Shown: positions 25,740 through 38,164 of the stretch, one piece after another
Layout: each line of letters opens with the position of its first letter
Numbering within the stretch: position 1 is the stretch's first letter
NCBI GenBank assembly: GCA_965113315.1
Contig: OZ220366.1
Length of the DNA: 64,000 nucleotides
Source of the DNA: Podarcis vaucheri
Lineage: Eukaryota
Strand: one strand, 5' to 3'
Position numbers and translations under genes: made by a program
Notes under the pieces: generated by a model
What the model saw: only the letters and a program-made list of their open reading frames with translations
Database searches by the model: none
What the model was told of the DNA's origin: nothing

Positions 25740-26254
25740 TAATGTAAAGCATTCTACAAGGCTGCTGGGACTTGCAGGATACTTTGTAAGGGCCTTTTCC
25801 TGCACAGTTTGAATTCAAACTCTGGGTAAAACAGAATCACCTGAGATCATTTAAAACTATCCTTAAAATATAGAATTACAAATTATTCATTACTGTAATA
25901 GCAAGGATGACTTATTCAGTTTTGTAAAAAGAGGCTAGTATTGAAAGGCTAACATATTTTAAATTTTTTAAAATGCATTAATTATGCAATTACTTTGAGT
26001 GTTTTTTGATTACATATTAATGTTAATATGATTACATACTATGTGTTCCTATTTCAGATATGATTTATTATTAATATAATAAAATGTACAGAGATAAAAA
26101 ATGAAAAACAAACATGCTTAACAAGTTTCCTGAATTAGAAATTCACTCAAGAGCATACATTTTTCTTTCAGTGCTAAATGCAGTCCCTACTGTCGCAAAC
26201 ATAAAAGTATGATTTTTCTTTCACAACTATTATACCACGGTCCTATGCATGTCT

Positions 26255-26537
26255 AAAGGTAAAGGGACCCCTGACCATTAGGTCCAGTCGTGGCCGACTC
26301 TGGGGTTGCGGCGCTCATCTCACTTTATTGGCGGAGGGAGCCAGCGTGCAGCTTCTGGGTCATGTGGCCAGCATGACTAAGCCGCTTCTGGCAAACCAGA
26401 GCAGCGCACGGAAAGACTGTTTACCTTCCTGCCAGAGCAGTACCTATTTATCTACTTGCACTTTAACGTGCTTTCGAACTGCTAGGTTGGCAGGAGCAGG
26501 GACCGAGCAATGGGAGCTCACCCCATCGCAGAGATTC
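26255..26537 (-). mobile_element. Sauria SINE, 5'-truncated
   Basis: (ACCTTT)n tail seen as aaaggtaaagg, then gggacccctgaccattaggtccagtcg...ggtcatgtggccagcatgact...ttcgaactgctagg, characteristic of lizard Sauria SINEs. Confidence 0.9.
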
Positions 26538-28550
26538 TCACTGAGCTCAGGGGGACTTACTCCCATTGAAGTGTGTATAGAATTGCAGTCTTAGTCAACT
26601 CTTTTAAATACTGTAAATCTGAATAGCTTGGACACAAAACAGGTTTAGGTTTTTGTTTGTTTTGTTGCTAACTTTTTTATTCCAAGTTCTTACCAGCATG
26701 GGAAAGAAGCTAGATCTCAAATTAGAATTCTTAGTTTCTAAAGATAGGAAATTAAAGTTTGACAATTCCCACCAAAAGCCCAGATTCAACCTCAAATGCG
26801 ACATTTACTTGATATTTCTACAGAGTGCTTTAGTACTACAACAGCAGATAATCTTCTAATTTCTGTGACACCTGTCCTATTAATTGGAAATGTTTCCAAT
26901 ATCCAGATCTATCATCACACAGGTAACTGAGCATGTTATTGTCCAAGCATATGTGTTATGAATTCTGAAATGATGGACTATGCCAAGGCCAGATGTCAGA
27001 GATGTTGAAACTGATAATCCATCAGTAATTTTCTATCTGTCGGAATAGCTCTGACCCACTGAACTAAATAAATATGTTTAATCACAAACTGGTCAACTTA
27101 TCAAAAAGTGCCATAGGGTAAACAGAAGGTCTTGTCAAACAGAGGGCAGGCATTGCCTGAACTACAGCTACGCACAGAAGCCTGGCAGGTACCTTATCTT
27201 AATATCTTTACTTTCTGAAATACACAGATAAAAAAATCACATTAGAAAATCCTGCATTATTTATAAGGAACTATACCCCAAACAACATGCATTTCTGTAG
27301 AGTTTTCCCCATCTTGTGGGAGTGGGGTGGGAAATCAACCACCATTTCTTCACAAATCTTTAATGAACACAAATCAAGCAAAATGTTTATGCCTCAGGTC
27401 AATGTGAATTCCAAAAAAAAACACACAAAAAAACTGCTCCTAGAAGAAACAGGCCCTCTACACTTGTCTGGATTGTGCCTTGAATCATCGAAGCATTCTG
27501 ATGAAACTAGTGAAAAAGTAGTTATTCCTCTGAAGTAACATACCAACAACCCAGAGATATTAACGTGTCACTGTACTGCTGTCCTGTGTTGGCAGCCATG
27601 ACAGAAAGCTCTTGAACTTGTTTATTCACACTTGTTTAATCCTGTTTCCATACAGTGCCTCACAGCCTTTGGGGCTGAGAAGATGGATGACGAGAGCTAA
27701 GGCCACAAGGGGTTGGGGTCACAATGTCACTGGATCTCATTAACTACATCACTCACCGCACCAGACACTTCAGAGGTCAACTCAGCTGAGGACGCTAGGA
27801 TAGGTGATGAAGGAATGGCTGACACATGCGCTGATTTTTTTTTTTTAATCCTGCTGTTGATATCACATATATTGAAATAAGGGCATTCCCTCAGCTTGCC
27901 CTTAACCTGCCCAATATGTTAGTTCATTTTAACACCAATTGTTTAAAGCTTGTTTCCACATGTCAAAGCAAAATAGCTGAAAAGCAACAAAAGTACACAA
28001 ACGGGGGGGGGGGGAGGGGGAATCAGGACGTAGGACTAGTTTTATAAAGCAGTGTTCTGTATGATTTAAAAAAAAACAACAACTCACCTTTTACCTTTAC
28101 CTTACTAGGAGAAACAGAAGTTCAACTGCATAGCTGTGCATGCTCACTCTCTGTCTTTACACATTAACTCTTGTCTCTCTAATTTAAAATTGGAATGTAA
28201 ACAAAATAAATAAATAAATAGATGACACACACATACTTTCCCACCGTATTTTAAGGTTACAGAAGACCATATGAACACAGCTGTTTTTCATATAGGAAAG
28301 AGTTATGACAGACAAACTCTCCTGGTTGTTCATTTGTGCCAGTGAGACTGAGTGAACTTGCTGACAAAAAACTCCCAATGTTGCGATGCTTTTATTAAAA
28401 GTTTTATAAAACTTTATATTTTAAATTCTTCAGACATTAAAATGCTCAAAAAGAAAGACAGGCCCAATCAAAAAGAAAAAAGCTGAGAAAAAGAAGCAAG
28501 GATACAAGGCAATTGGGTTACTGTGCAGCATTTTCTGAAGCTGCTGAAGG

Positions 28551-29290
28551 AAGAACATAAAAGTCCTGCTGGATCAGGCCAAAGTTCCAATGAGTCCAGC
28601 AGTCTGTTCTCACAGTGGCTAGCCAAGTGCCCATGGAAAGTACACAAGCAGAACCAAAGCACAATAGCATTCTCCCAGCCTGCAATTCCAAGCTACTGGT
28701 ATTCAGAGACAATAGTGATCAGCAGGGTGGATGTGGTTACCTGACCATCCTGTCCCCAACATTGTTGTGGCTTACCAGAAAGCAGAGGGTGGTGGTGAGG
28801 TTGGCATGGTGCTCCTGCTGGTACATTTGTACTGCACCAAACTTGCTGCTGCCTCACCCCTCCATCTCTGCCTTCCAGTAAGCCACTGAGATGCCAGTGA
28901 CCTGAGACCAAACAAGTGCTGCCCCTCTCTGACCACAACAGTTCAGAGCCATACTGCCTCCTAGAGTGGAGTTGGAACATAAGCCTCATCCTCCATGGAT
29001 TTGTCTATTCCTCTTTTAAAGACATCTAAGTTGGTAGCCATCACTACATCTTGTGGGAGAGAATTCCATAGTTTAACTAAGAGCAGTGTAAGTACTTTCA
29101 CCTGTCCTGAAGTTTCCAACATTTAGCTATATTGGACGTCCCTGATTCTAGTATCATAAGTGAAAGGGGGAAACTGTCCACTTTCTCCACAACATGCGTC
29201 ATTTTATACAACTTCATCACATTCCCTCTTGTTTGCCTTTACTCTAAACTAAAAAGTCCCAAATGCTGTAATGTTTTCTCACTGGGGAGT
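28551..29290 (-). mobile_element. CR1 LINE 3' portion, interrupted by an insertion at 28715-28941
   Basis: 3' tail aagaacataa, UTR ctgctggatcaggcc, and ORF2 C-terminal remnants (tctaaactaaaaagtcc = GLFSLE; gaattccatag = LWNS). Confidence 0.85.
28715..28941. mobile_element. Decayed foldback element nested in CR1
   Basis: Inverted arms gtggcttaccagaaagcagag...gtgagg / cctcac...ctctgccttccagtaagccac; flanked by approximate direct repeat ttcagagacaata / ttcagagccata. Confidence 0.6.
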
Positions 29291-32200
29291 CCTTCCATAC
29301 ATCCTACTTTACTGAGGACAGCTGCTTATGTGAAGAGCTGTCAAAGGACAGTCCTCTATTTGAAGTTGTCACTTATCTGAAGAGCTATTTAAAGTCTGAT
29401 TTGAAGATAAAGTACCACAAGAAGCAGAAGCAGGGACTTTGAAGCTGCCCATCAACAGCACCTGGGTAGCAGATAGAACAGGCAAACAGCTTACCTGTTT
29501 GCATTATGGTGAGATGTACTGTATTTCTATTTAAATTAAATAATTTCAAAATCTGGATCTGCACATAAAAATTAGAATGTGCAAATTTGATGTAAACCTT
29601 TTCCTTCTTTTCCTGTCTTTTTTGGTGATGCACTGAAGAAAGCTGAAGAAAAAGACACTCACTTTAGGGATGAGTGGTTTCCCCTTGTGGAAATTTTTTT
29701 TAAAAAATTCATGATTTTCATAATTTTTAATGTGCAAATCCCAAATTACCATGCACATGCTAGAAAAACACTTGAGTGAATTTAAAGGCTGTCAAGATAA
29801 ATGGACCATCAGGTTTCCTTAATATTTTGTTAGTTTAGCTTCATATAATAAAGCTCTATAAATTCTAAAGTTTTTAATCTTCAAGCTCCCCCGACCTTTA
29901 CACATTTTCCTCTACCAACTTCTAAAACATCTCCCAAATAACAAAGTGAATTGTAACCTCCAAAAACCCAAGCCTCAATAAATTTGCTCATTTCCAAGGT
30001 GCTATGAGACTTTTCTTTTTTGCAGGAACAAATGAACATGGCTACACTTCTGGAAGTTCTCTTGAATGTTAGTATCGTCAGAACTGACAAGAGATTTCCT
30101 TTGTGTATATAAAAATGTTTCATTAAGATAGAAGAGAAGGGGGCAAAAACAATTGATGGAAGATGGTATAATAGGAAAAACAGCCCTGAGAGTCCAAACT
30201 GTTGGGAAAACTCTCATATTAGATAGGCAAGTCTTGGGTTTTTTTAAGCGTGATTTTTAAAAGTGTATCTTATTTTCCACCTCAAATGGAGGAAAAAAAG
30301 GAATGCCTAAATATTTAATTAGAACTGTAACTACTTCATTTGTTTTTTAAGCAAGCACAATCACATTACTTGTTAGTCACTTGTTATCAATAAGCCTACA
30401 ACACATTTAATAACATAAACATAAATACATTATGCCATTTTAAAAGTTCATACAAAACACCTACCATTCAATATATATACATACAAACAAACCAATCCCC
30501 AATGAAAATATGGTAAGGATGTTGAAAGCAAACTGTATTTATGCACCATTTTGAAATCAATAGGTCAGTCATCACATTAGTATCTATGGCTTTAAGACTT
30601 AACCCTGCTATTGTTCTCTGTGTCTATTATGTCCAACAAGAAGGAAATATCCAAGCAAGATGGGGGAAGAAAATATTGTGACTGCTTGCTAATGTGTCAA
30701 GGCCATTGTCTCTACTTGGACATGGCAGTGCAAGAATATTTAGCAACATGTATATCAAAGAACAACAATTCTACTCATTTAAGAGAATACTGTCAAATAT
30801 TATCTACGGAAGTCATGGTAACGGCACCAGTTCTTTATATAACTCAGATATTTGCCTGTTACTTACTAGACTGAAACCACTGGCTCCAGTCATTCTGAAT
30901 ACTGAATAGGCATCAGATAATTATTCAAATATTGTGAAGTGACTCCCTACATGAAAAATGCAGAAGTTTTCATCTCTTGAGGTTACAAAAAAGAAAGTGA
31001 TAGAATTCTACTTTCTATAAACAAAAGTAACTACTAATAATGAAATCCCATCAATGTCACCAACTTTACCCCAATGATTTCTTACAATTAGGAGTTCAAT
31101 GTGCTTTGTTAGTATTGAGATCATGTAGTGTTTTGTAAATGGTTTGGAGTGCTGCTTCAAATGATTTTTTTTATCTCATCTGACATCATAAATTGTACAA
31201 CATGTCTGAGGCATATGCCAACAATAGCCAGTATTTTAATTAATATTCAAATAGCACTTGCGGGTTTCTATACAGAGAGAACAGAGGTGTGGAAATGCAA
31301 ATGTGTTAAATAATATGATGTGCTATCTTGATCAGCTATGCTGTTTTCTCAACTGACTAAAATTAGAAAAATACTGAGCATGCCAAAAGTACAAGGAACA
31401 GAGAACAAGTAATCAACCTATACAGCACCAGACTGTTAGAATAAAAATGATATAAGATGCACTATAAGATGCTTAGCTTCAAATACTCTCTCAAGAGGAA
31501 TATGTACATTTCAGTAGCTTTCCAAACTGTACAAAAAGTAGAATTTCACACAGCATGCCAGCCACGCCTTCTCTACAAAGTGTGAAGAGGATGTGTCTGC
31601 ATGTGTGCCTCCTGCCTTTCAAACATTACAGAAAATACATAGTTGGCATGTGGTGGAAATGTATTTGCTGTAATCTGAAACATTGTTAAAAATCAAACAA
31701 TCCAAAATATATAGTAGAATAAAAAATATTTCTCAACAAAAATCAGTGACATTGAAATGGGGCCAGTTCAAGTATGTTTAGCCCAATGATGAATAATAGT
31801 TCATTAAATCACAAATTTACATGATCATCCAGCTAATGAAGCCTGGTTTCATATTACTGAAGTAGTATGTCAGCCATGGAAAACTCCCCACAGTTCAACC
31901 CTACTTGCATGGTAATATATAAACTTCTGGTGTAGCATTCGTTTTCAGGAAGTATCCCTTTTCCGCATAAAGCATTCATGCTCAAGGCAAGAGCCAAACA
32001 ACCTTAGGCTGCATGATTTTGCATTCACTCAGTGGTTAAAGGTGGATGTTCAGAAATGTGAAATCTGGCCTCCAATGCACAAGAGAGATACAACTGTATG
32101 TCTGATGTCTCTGCTGAAGCGCTCATAATTATTTGTTTTTGCTGTCAGTATTAGTCTAAGAGTGCCACATATTATTACGGTTAGGAAGTTACTGAAGATT

Positions 32201-32419
32201 CAGTTTTATTGAATATATGATGCAGCTACAATGAATCAGTACAGACTATTAAGTGCACTTGTCCATAGAAAAATAACTAAACAGCATGTAACACCCATCC
32301 CCTCCACACAAGAGAAGTACTGCTTTGTCCATCCATCCCAATACTGTCTACTCTGACTGGCAGTGACCCTCAAAGATTTCAGGTCACATCTCATGCAAAA
32401 TGCTTGTGCTTCCCTTTAA

Positions 32420-32855
32420 AGTCATATGGGTCTTATGACCAAAGGGTCTGAAGGAACACCTGCTACCATATCAATCTTACTCTATAATGAAATCATTTTC
32501 ATAGGCTCTCCTCTAGTCCCTCAACCATTTAAAGAAAGGTAGATGGAGGCCGGGAGAGAAAGGGCCTTCTCAGTGCGGGTGCCTCATTTGTGGAGTTCTC
32601 TTTCCAGGGCTGACCCACCCAGCGTCAACGTTGTTATCCCTTTGGCACTGTATTCCTTTCAGGCAATGTCATTCTTATCGTCAAAACTTTTTATTTCATT
32701 TTTTATTTCATAAAGTAGTAAAAAAAACCAACCCTCAAAGGATAGTGTTTTTATTGTATCATAATGGTCTCTTGCTGTCTCTCAATGTACTATTGTAATA
32801 ATTTATATTGGTTTTGTATACTGTCCTGGAAACTCTGCTGAAGGATAGTATATAC
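32420..32855 (+). mobile_element. L2 LINE 3' fragment (old)
   Basis: agggccttctcagtgcgggtgcctcatttgtggagttctctt = RAFSVRVPHLWSSL, matching the L2 RAFSvaaPrLWNsLP motif. Confidence 0.7.
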
Positions 32856-35800
32856 ATATTTTAAGGGGGGTGCTAGGAACTGAATCAAGATTTTCCTGAA
32901 TGGAAAGTGTTTGCACTGCCACAAAGCTATGTCCCTCCTGCAATGGGTTGCAGTAATGTAACTGCAGAGTATGGCATAAGCAATTTTACACATTCGGTTA
33001 AAAAAATATGGTGGTCATGTAAAAAGGGTTAATAATAACAGATCCAAAAGCAATATTTCTAATCATATCAAATTCTCCACTCCAACAAACTTATTAGATC
33101 TACGCTTCCCAAACTCAAAACTTCATTGAATTTACTTAACTGACTCCCTGGAGGTTATCTACTATATTCCAATCTCACCCCTTTTCAGCTTCACTTCCCA
33201 TGCTCCTTCAACTCAACTCAAGATAATATACGTAGTTTGCATAAAGTTGAGTCTTATGAGATCACTTCTTCCTTTCCACAATTCCTGTTTTAACTTACAC
33301 CTTGAGAAATCTTAATTTTTTTAAAAGGTATTTTAGAGATGTAAAATTGTTGCATCTAGCCAGCTAGTATCTATACTTCTGAATCTGAAAAAAAACCACA
33401 CTGGATTTGGTTTTGCCACATGAATTATACTATATTTTTATTATTATTTTTAAAATACTTGGATTTTTAGGTACCTTTGATCAAATTTAATTTTATCAGC
33501 AATCTTATAGGATGGTTAGTCAGTCTATAATATGGTGGGTCTTTTCATCTAATCCTTATATTGGTACAAACTAGAGAGACATGAAACAAGATTAGACATA
33601 TTGTGTGAAAAAAATTGGTTCATGTTTTAGAGTGATGCCCTTGCTAAATTCAGTAAATGCCATAATCTCTTATTCTGACAGATAAAAGCATCAATTTACT
33701 CTAGATTTTAAAGCAAACAGGATCATTATGTTTGGAGAGCGGTCCAGAGCTTGCTATTTCAGCAATCTGTGACCTATAAATAATGCAAGACCATTTCCTC
33801 TCTTTAAATGAAATCAGGCAAGCACCCTGGAAGATGGTGGCCAAAATACAGCCTTTAGCTATATTGTTCAGTATCTTGACTAAATTAAAAAGAAGGATAT
33901 TGTTCATTATTTTATCAGCATCAAGCCTCGTTTTTTTACTGGAAAAAGTGAATTTATATAAATTGTTTCTGATTTTTAATATACTGTACGCAAACACAAA
34001 AAAGTAGGGAAGCCCTGCTAAATAAGTGACTTGTGTTTTGTTCCAAAAGAAAGGGTAGGAGGGAAATGATCAGTTTTTGCATGACTTTTGACCTCTGAAC
34101 CACAACCTTCTTGCTACTAAAGCATTCAACACCTCATTTAATCTCTCTCCTCACTACACTGGCCCAGTGCTGAAAAAAGAAAAGGGAAAAAAATAATCTG
34201 GGGACTTCATCAATTTTTCATGAATTTTCATTTAGGCCAGAGCCCCTCTTACAGTGGTCGATAGATCAAGCGGCTGCCTCATATTTAACACCTGGGGCTA
34301 CAGCTGCTATCCCTAGTACTGCAACCAACTCTGCCTGGATCTGAGGCAGTCTCAGCCAGCGCTAGGCGTTCTCTCTACTCTAAGTGCAGGTATGAATCTT
34401 ACCTTTGCAACTTCTTCAAGCTGTGTCTCATGATCGTTTCAACTGGATTTGAGTAAATTAAAGGTTGAAACAAGTCCTAACCTTATTAAGGTTTATGCAG
34501 ATTGCTTCTAAACAAATTGCAAATTCTTTAAAAGAAAATCAGAGGATTTTATTCCCTAAAACTGAAAACAGTCTTTCAAGTAGGAATATGTAAAACTTTA
34601 AAAGGAAAAAAAAAATCACAGGTATACTTGATCTGTTACTAAAATGTAAGTATAACTTGACAGTTCTGGGAACTTCATAATCTGTACAAAAGTGTGGAGA
34701 AGACTTTAAAAAGGACATGCAAAATGTTTGCCACAAAACATTATGAAAAAAGAAAAATAGGCATCACTAGCAAATTGTTATAAAAGTGGACTTCATGATT
34801 TGTAGGGTCCCATGAATCCCACCAGAACATACAACTATATGTTGTTACCAGGGTGTGATACATCTACAGGATAATTGCTATACAGCCAGACCGGGGGTGG
34901 GGCAGGGTGGTCCTTGCATATGGATCAATCTTATGTTTCATCATGAGAAGCGTGTTGGAATTGTATAAGAAACTGCTGCAGAAGAGGGACTATGAGTAAC
35001 ATCATGGAAAGAGTATTTCTATGATTAAGGTTAACTGTGAAGCTCCCTTGTTATTTTGTTGCATGTTGTTTAAGTCATCTTGTTATATTTATAGTATCAG
35101 AATGTGGCTTATTGGTTTGTTACTATGTTTGCTACTGCTTTGCTGTGTTATTATGAAATTGTTTTGCAGTGTTTATTTGAAATGTATTCCTGTTCTCTTT
35201 GTTGGAATCTACTTTGAGCATTCTTTTTTGTGGAAAAGTGGCTTGCAAATAAATTGAATGAATGAATGATTTGGCTTGTTTTAATCTCCAAACTGGAATA
35301 AAGTTCCTAGATTGACTTTCCCCTTCCTTGGCAGCTCTCAAAGAACCAGACCAATCCTCTTGCACTGCCAGTAGGGTATCAGCTTTCTTCATTCCCCTTC
35401 TTCTCTGTGGTCCTAACATGCTGTGCGGTGCATTATGACTAAAAAAGCGGTTTACCATTGGGAGTACTTTGGGGACTGAGATTTGGGTGCAGAAGGGTGT
35501 TTCTTCATTTCATCAGATTGGCTTGAGAGATAAACTAATGCACTTCAGATTTGTTCTAGAAACAAATGTGTTCATTTCCAAGTTATTTTGAGCAGAACTT
35601 GGGGGAGTTCACCCTTCTTTTATTACAAGATATGAGCCCCAACTTACAAGTTATTGAACATATAAAGAAAATAGGGCATAAAGCTTTGGGGACAGGTAGC
35701 TTCAGGTGGGGGAAAGAGAAAATCCCTCTCTGCTACGTCCTGGACGTAATCTAGATTAAGGGGCCCCATGGCTGTTGTTACTTAAAAAAAAATAAGAGAT

Positions 35801-36120
35801 TAGCAGCCATGGAATTCAAACATGTGTCAGTTATGCCTGGTTTTAGTTTTATTCATTCTCTTTCAATTTGTAACTATTCCAAGCAACCCTTTCTTTACTT
35901 TCCTTGCAGCATATTATTTATTTAGTGCCAACAGTCAATTAAGAATATTTTTTTCCATATTCTACTTACTATTTATTAAGGTTACAATGATATGTACATG
36001 TACATCAGAGCAAGTTCTGTTGAAGTCAATTGAACTTATATCTAAATATATAAACATAGGACTGCAGAACAAGCTTATCCAAAATTAAGCTTAAAACAAG
36101 CCAAAAATATCAGGTGAATG

Positions 36121-36880
36121 TAATCTTTATTGCGGTCCAAAAACCTGTAACATAGATTCAGAATAAAATGCAGATTCATTCAGACAACTCCCTGGAAGAG
36201 GGAGACCGAGACGATATTTGTTTAGTCTTTAAGTATGATGATCTTTGATACATATGACTGCCGAAAGAAACTTTGCCATGGCCACTGTGATATCACTAGA
36301 CTTGTCATCCAGAAGATATTTAGTATAGTAGGCTTCAGATTTACCCAGCCGATTTGCCAGTAGGGGTTTAATCAATAGATCCCTAGCTTGCTCATATTGT
36401 TCACAATGCCTCATACAATCGACGTCCTGAGAGCATACACAGAGCCTATTTTGATGAGGGATGCCTCTCAGTTTGCCATTTAGAACTTCTGATGGAAATA
36501 CATTTAATCCGGCTTTGGTAAAGAGACGCCAATAAATTGGTACAGACAGATTTCTAAGATATGCAGGTATCTGAAAATCGTACTGAATCGTAATGAATTC
36601 CTACTACTATCAGGCCACAGATAACGTGAGATTGAGATTAGGAGATTGCTATGTGATATGGTCCCAGACCTTGGAGATTCAAGGGCAGTATCATAGCCCA
36701 GATGGTACAATAGTGAAGGTGGCATTCAAATCGAAGTGGCTTTTCAGATCATAGTTTTCATCCATGAGCTGATAAACTCCTCGTTGTTTAGGTGTGGGAG
36801 TAACCCCTTTCCTAGGCCAAAGACTGAGATCTTGAGCCAGTATCTCAGGGCAGCCCACCATGCTTTAGTTGAAAGGGGGC
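36121..36880 (-). mobile_element. RTE-X-like LINE, 5'-truncated, with perfect 14-bp TSD
   Basis: TSD atatcaggtgaatg at 36107-36120 and 36881-36894. Translates PAYLRNLSVPIYWRLFTKAGLNVFPSEVLNGKLRGIPHQNRLCVC...HCEQYEQARDLLIKPLL. Ends GACCGCAATAAAGATTA without poly(A). Clade assignment from motif recall. Confidence 0.8.
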
Positions 36881-38164
36881 ATATCAGGTGAATGAGAAAA
36901 TGTCTGAATCGTATGAAAACTGAAGGTGAGATGATTTATAATCAACCTCAGTTAAAGTAGAATAAAATCATGCACCACAAATCATGCACCCTGCATTATT
37001 TATAAAGATTCCTTAAATAACTTATTTTTTAGTCAATTGTCTCTGAAGTATCTAGGATAGAGACAATACTTCAAACTCCGTAACTCTACTTCCAAAGGTG
37101 GTAATTAATCTAGTACACTACTAAATTTTATCTGAATCTATATAGGTAGTAAATGTGCAAATTTCCGTTTATTCTAAAATCAATGTATTGGAGTCAAATA
37201 CATCTTGTGTGAGTGAAAAGGCATTTCTACTCAAACAAGGTTTCTCCTGAGTTCTGCTGATGTAGCTCCCTATGCCACACCTGACACTGTTGTGGTGCGG
37301 AGGTTCACAGGTGGTGCATGGCATTGCAATGAAGAGGATGGGGGAAAACTCTGAAGCCCTTCATGAAACCAGACCAAAGTTTTTCAATAGAAGCACTCTG
37401 TTATCTGTGAAAGTTTGTAACTCAATTCCATCAATCTTAATGGAACATCTTAACATAAACATACCACCATTTATCTTAAAGGAAAGGCAAACAGCCTCTC
37501 AATTTAAATAGCTAGGAATCTTATCTTTAAGACCCAAAGAGTTTAACTGGTAAATGCAAACTATGAAACTTCAAGGCTATAAAAACTGTAAAATAATGTA
37601 GTATCTGGTGCATGATTACATTTCAAAAACTCTTCTCTGTAGTTTTTGCCTTGGATTTCATGTTCTCTGATCTTTGGTGTGTTGGTTTTTTTATTTGTCT
37701 ACAGTGAATCCAAGGTTTTTTCCCCCTCCCCAAGGACTTTTTAAAAACTGACTTGCAGTTCATGCATGACCTACCACCAGCTGCAGTGGTTAAGAATTTA
37801 ACTCGGGAGATTGCACATATTGTAACTGGAGACTCACAGCAGTCTCTGAAGAAGAGATCAGTGATATTCAATATAATAAAGTATTCTTTTATGCTTTCAA
37901 AAAACAAGCAGTTTTTCTGGTATGATGAGGAAAGGCTAGATCAAAGAGCTAAATAATTCTTAGTCTATTAACACATGAATTTATGGAGTAAAACCAAATT
38001 TAGTTAAAAATTATAACATGATGATGGCGGTGATGATAGTAATATTGATATGTTTAACTTTTACACTACCTATTTATTACAATTATCTAAATTCATAAAT
38101 TAGTAAACATTGAGCAGTGAGAAAATGTGATCAACGGTGCTTCTTATGTATATCAACAAGGTAC

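Noticed and set aside
29482-29502. Minus-strand CAG|GTAAGC within an 8-bp inverted repeat
   Set aside because: No polypyrimidine tract upstream, so not a credible recursive site.
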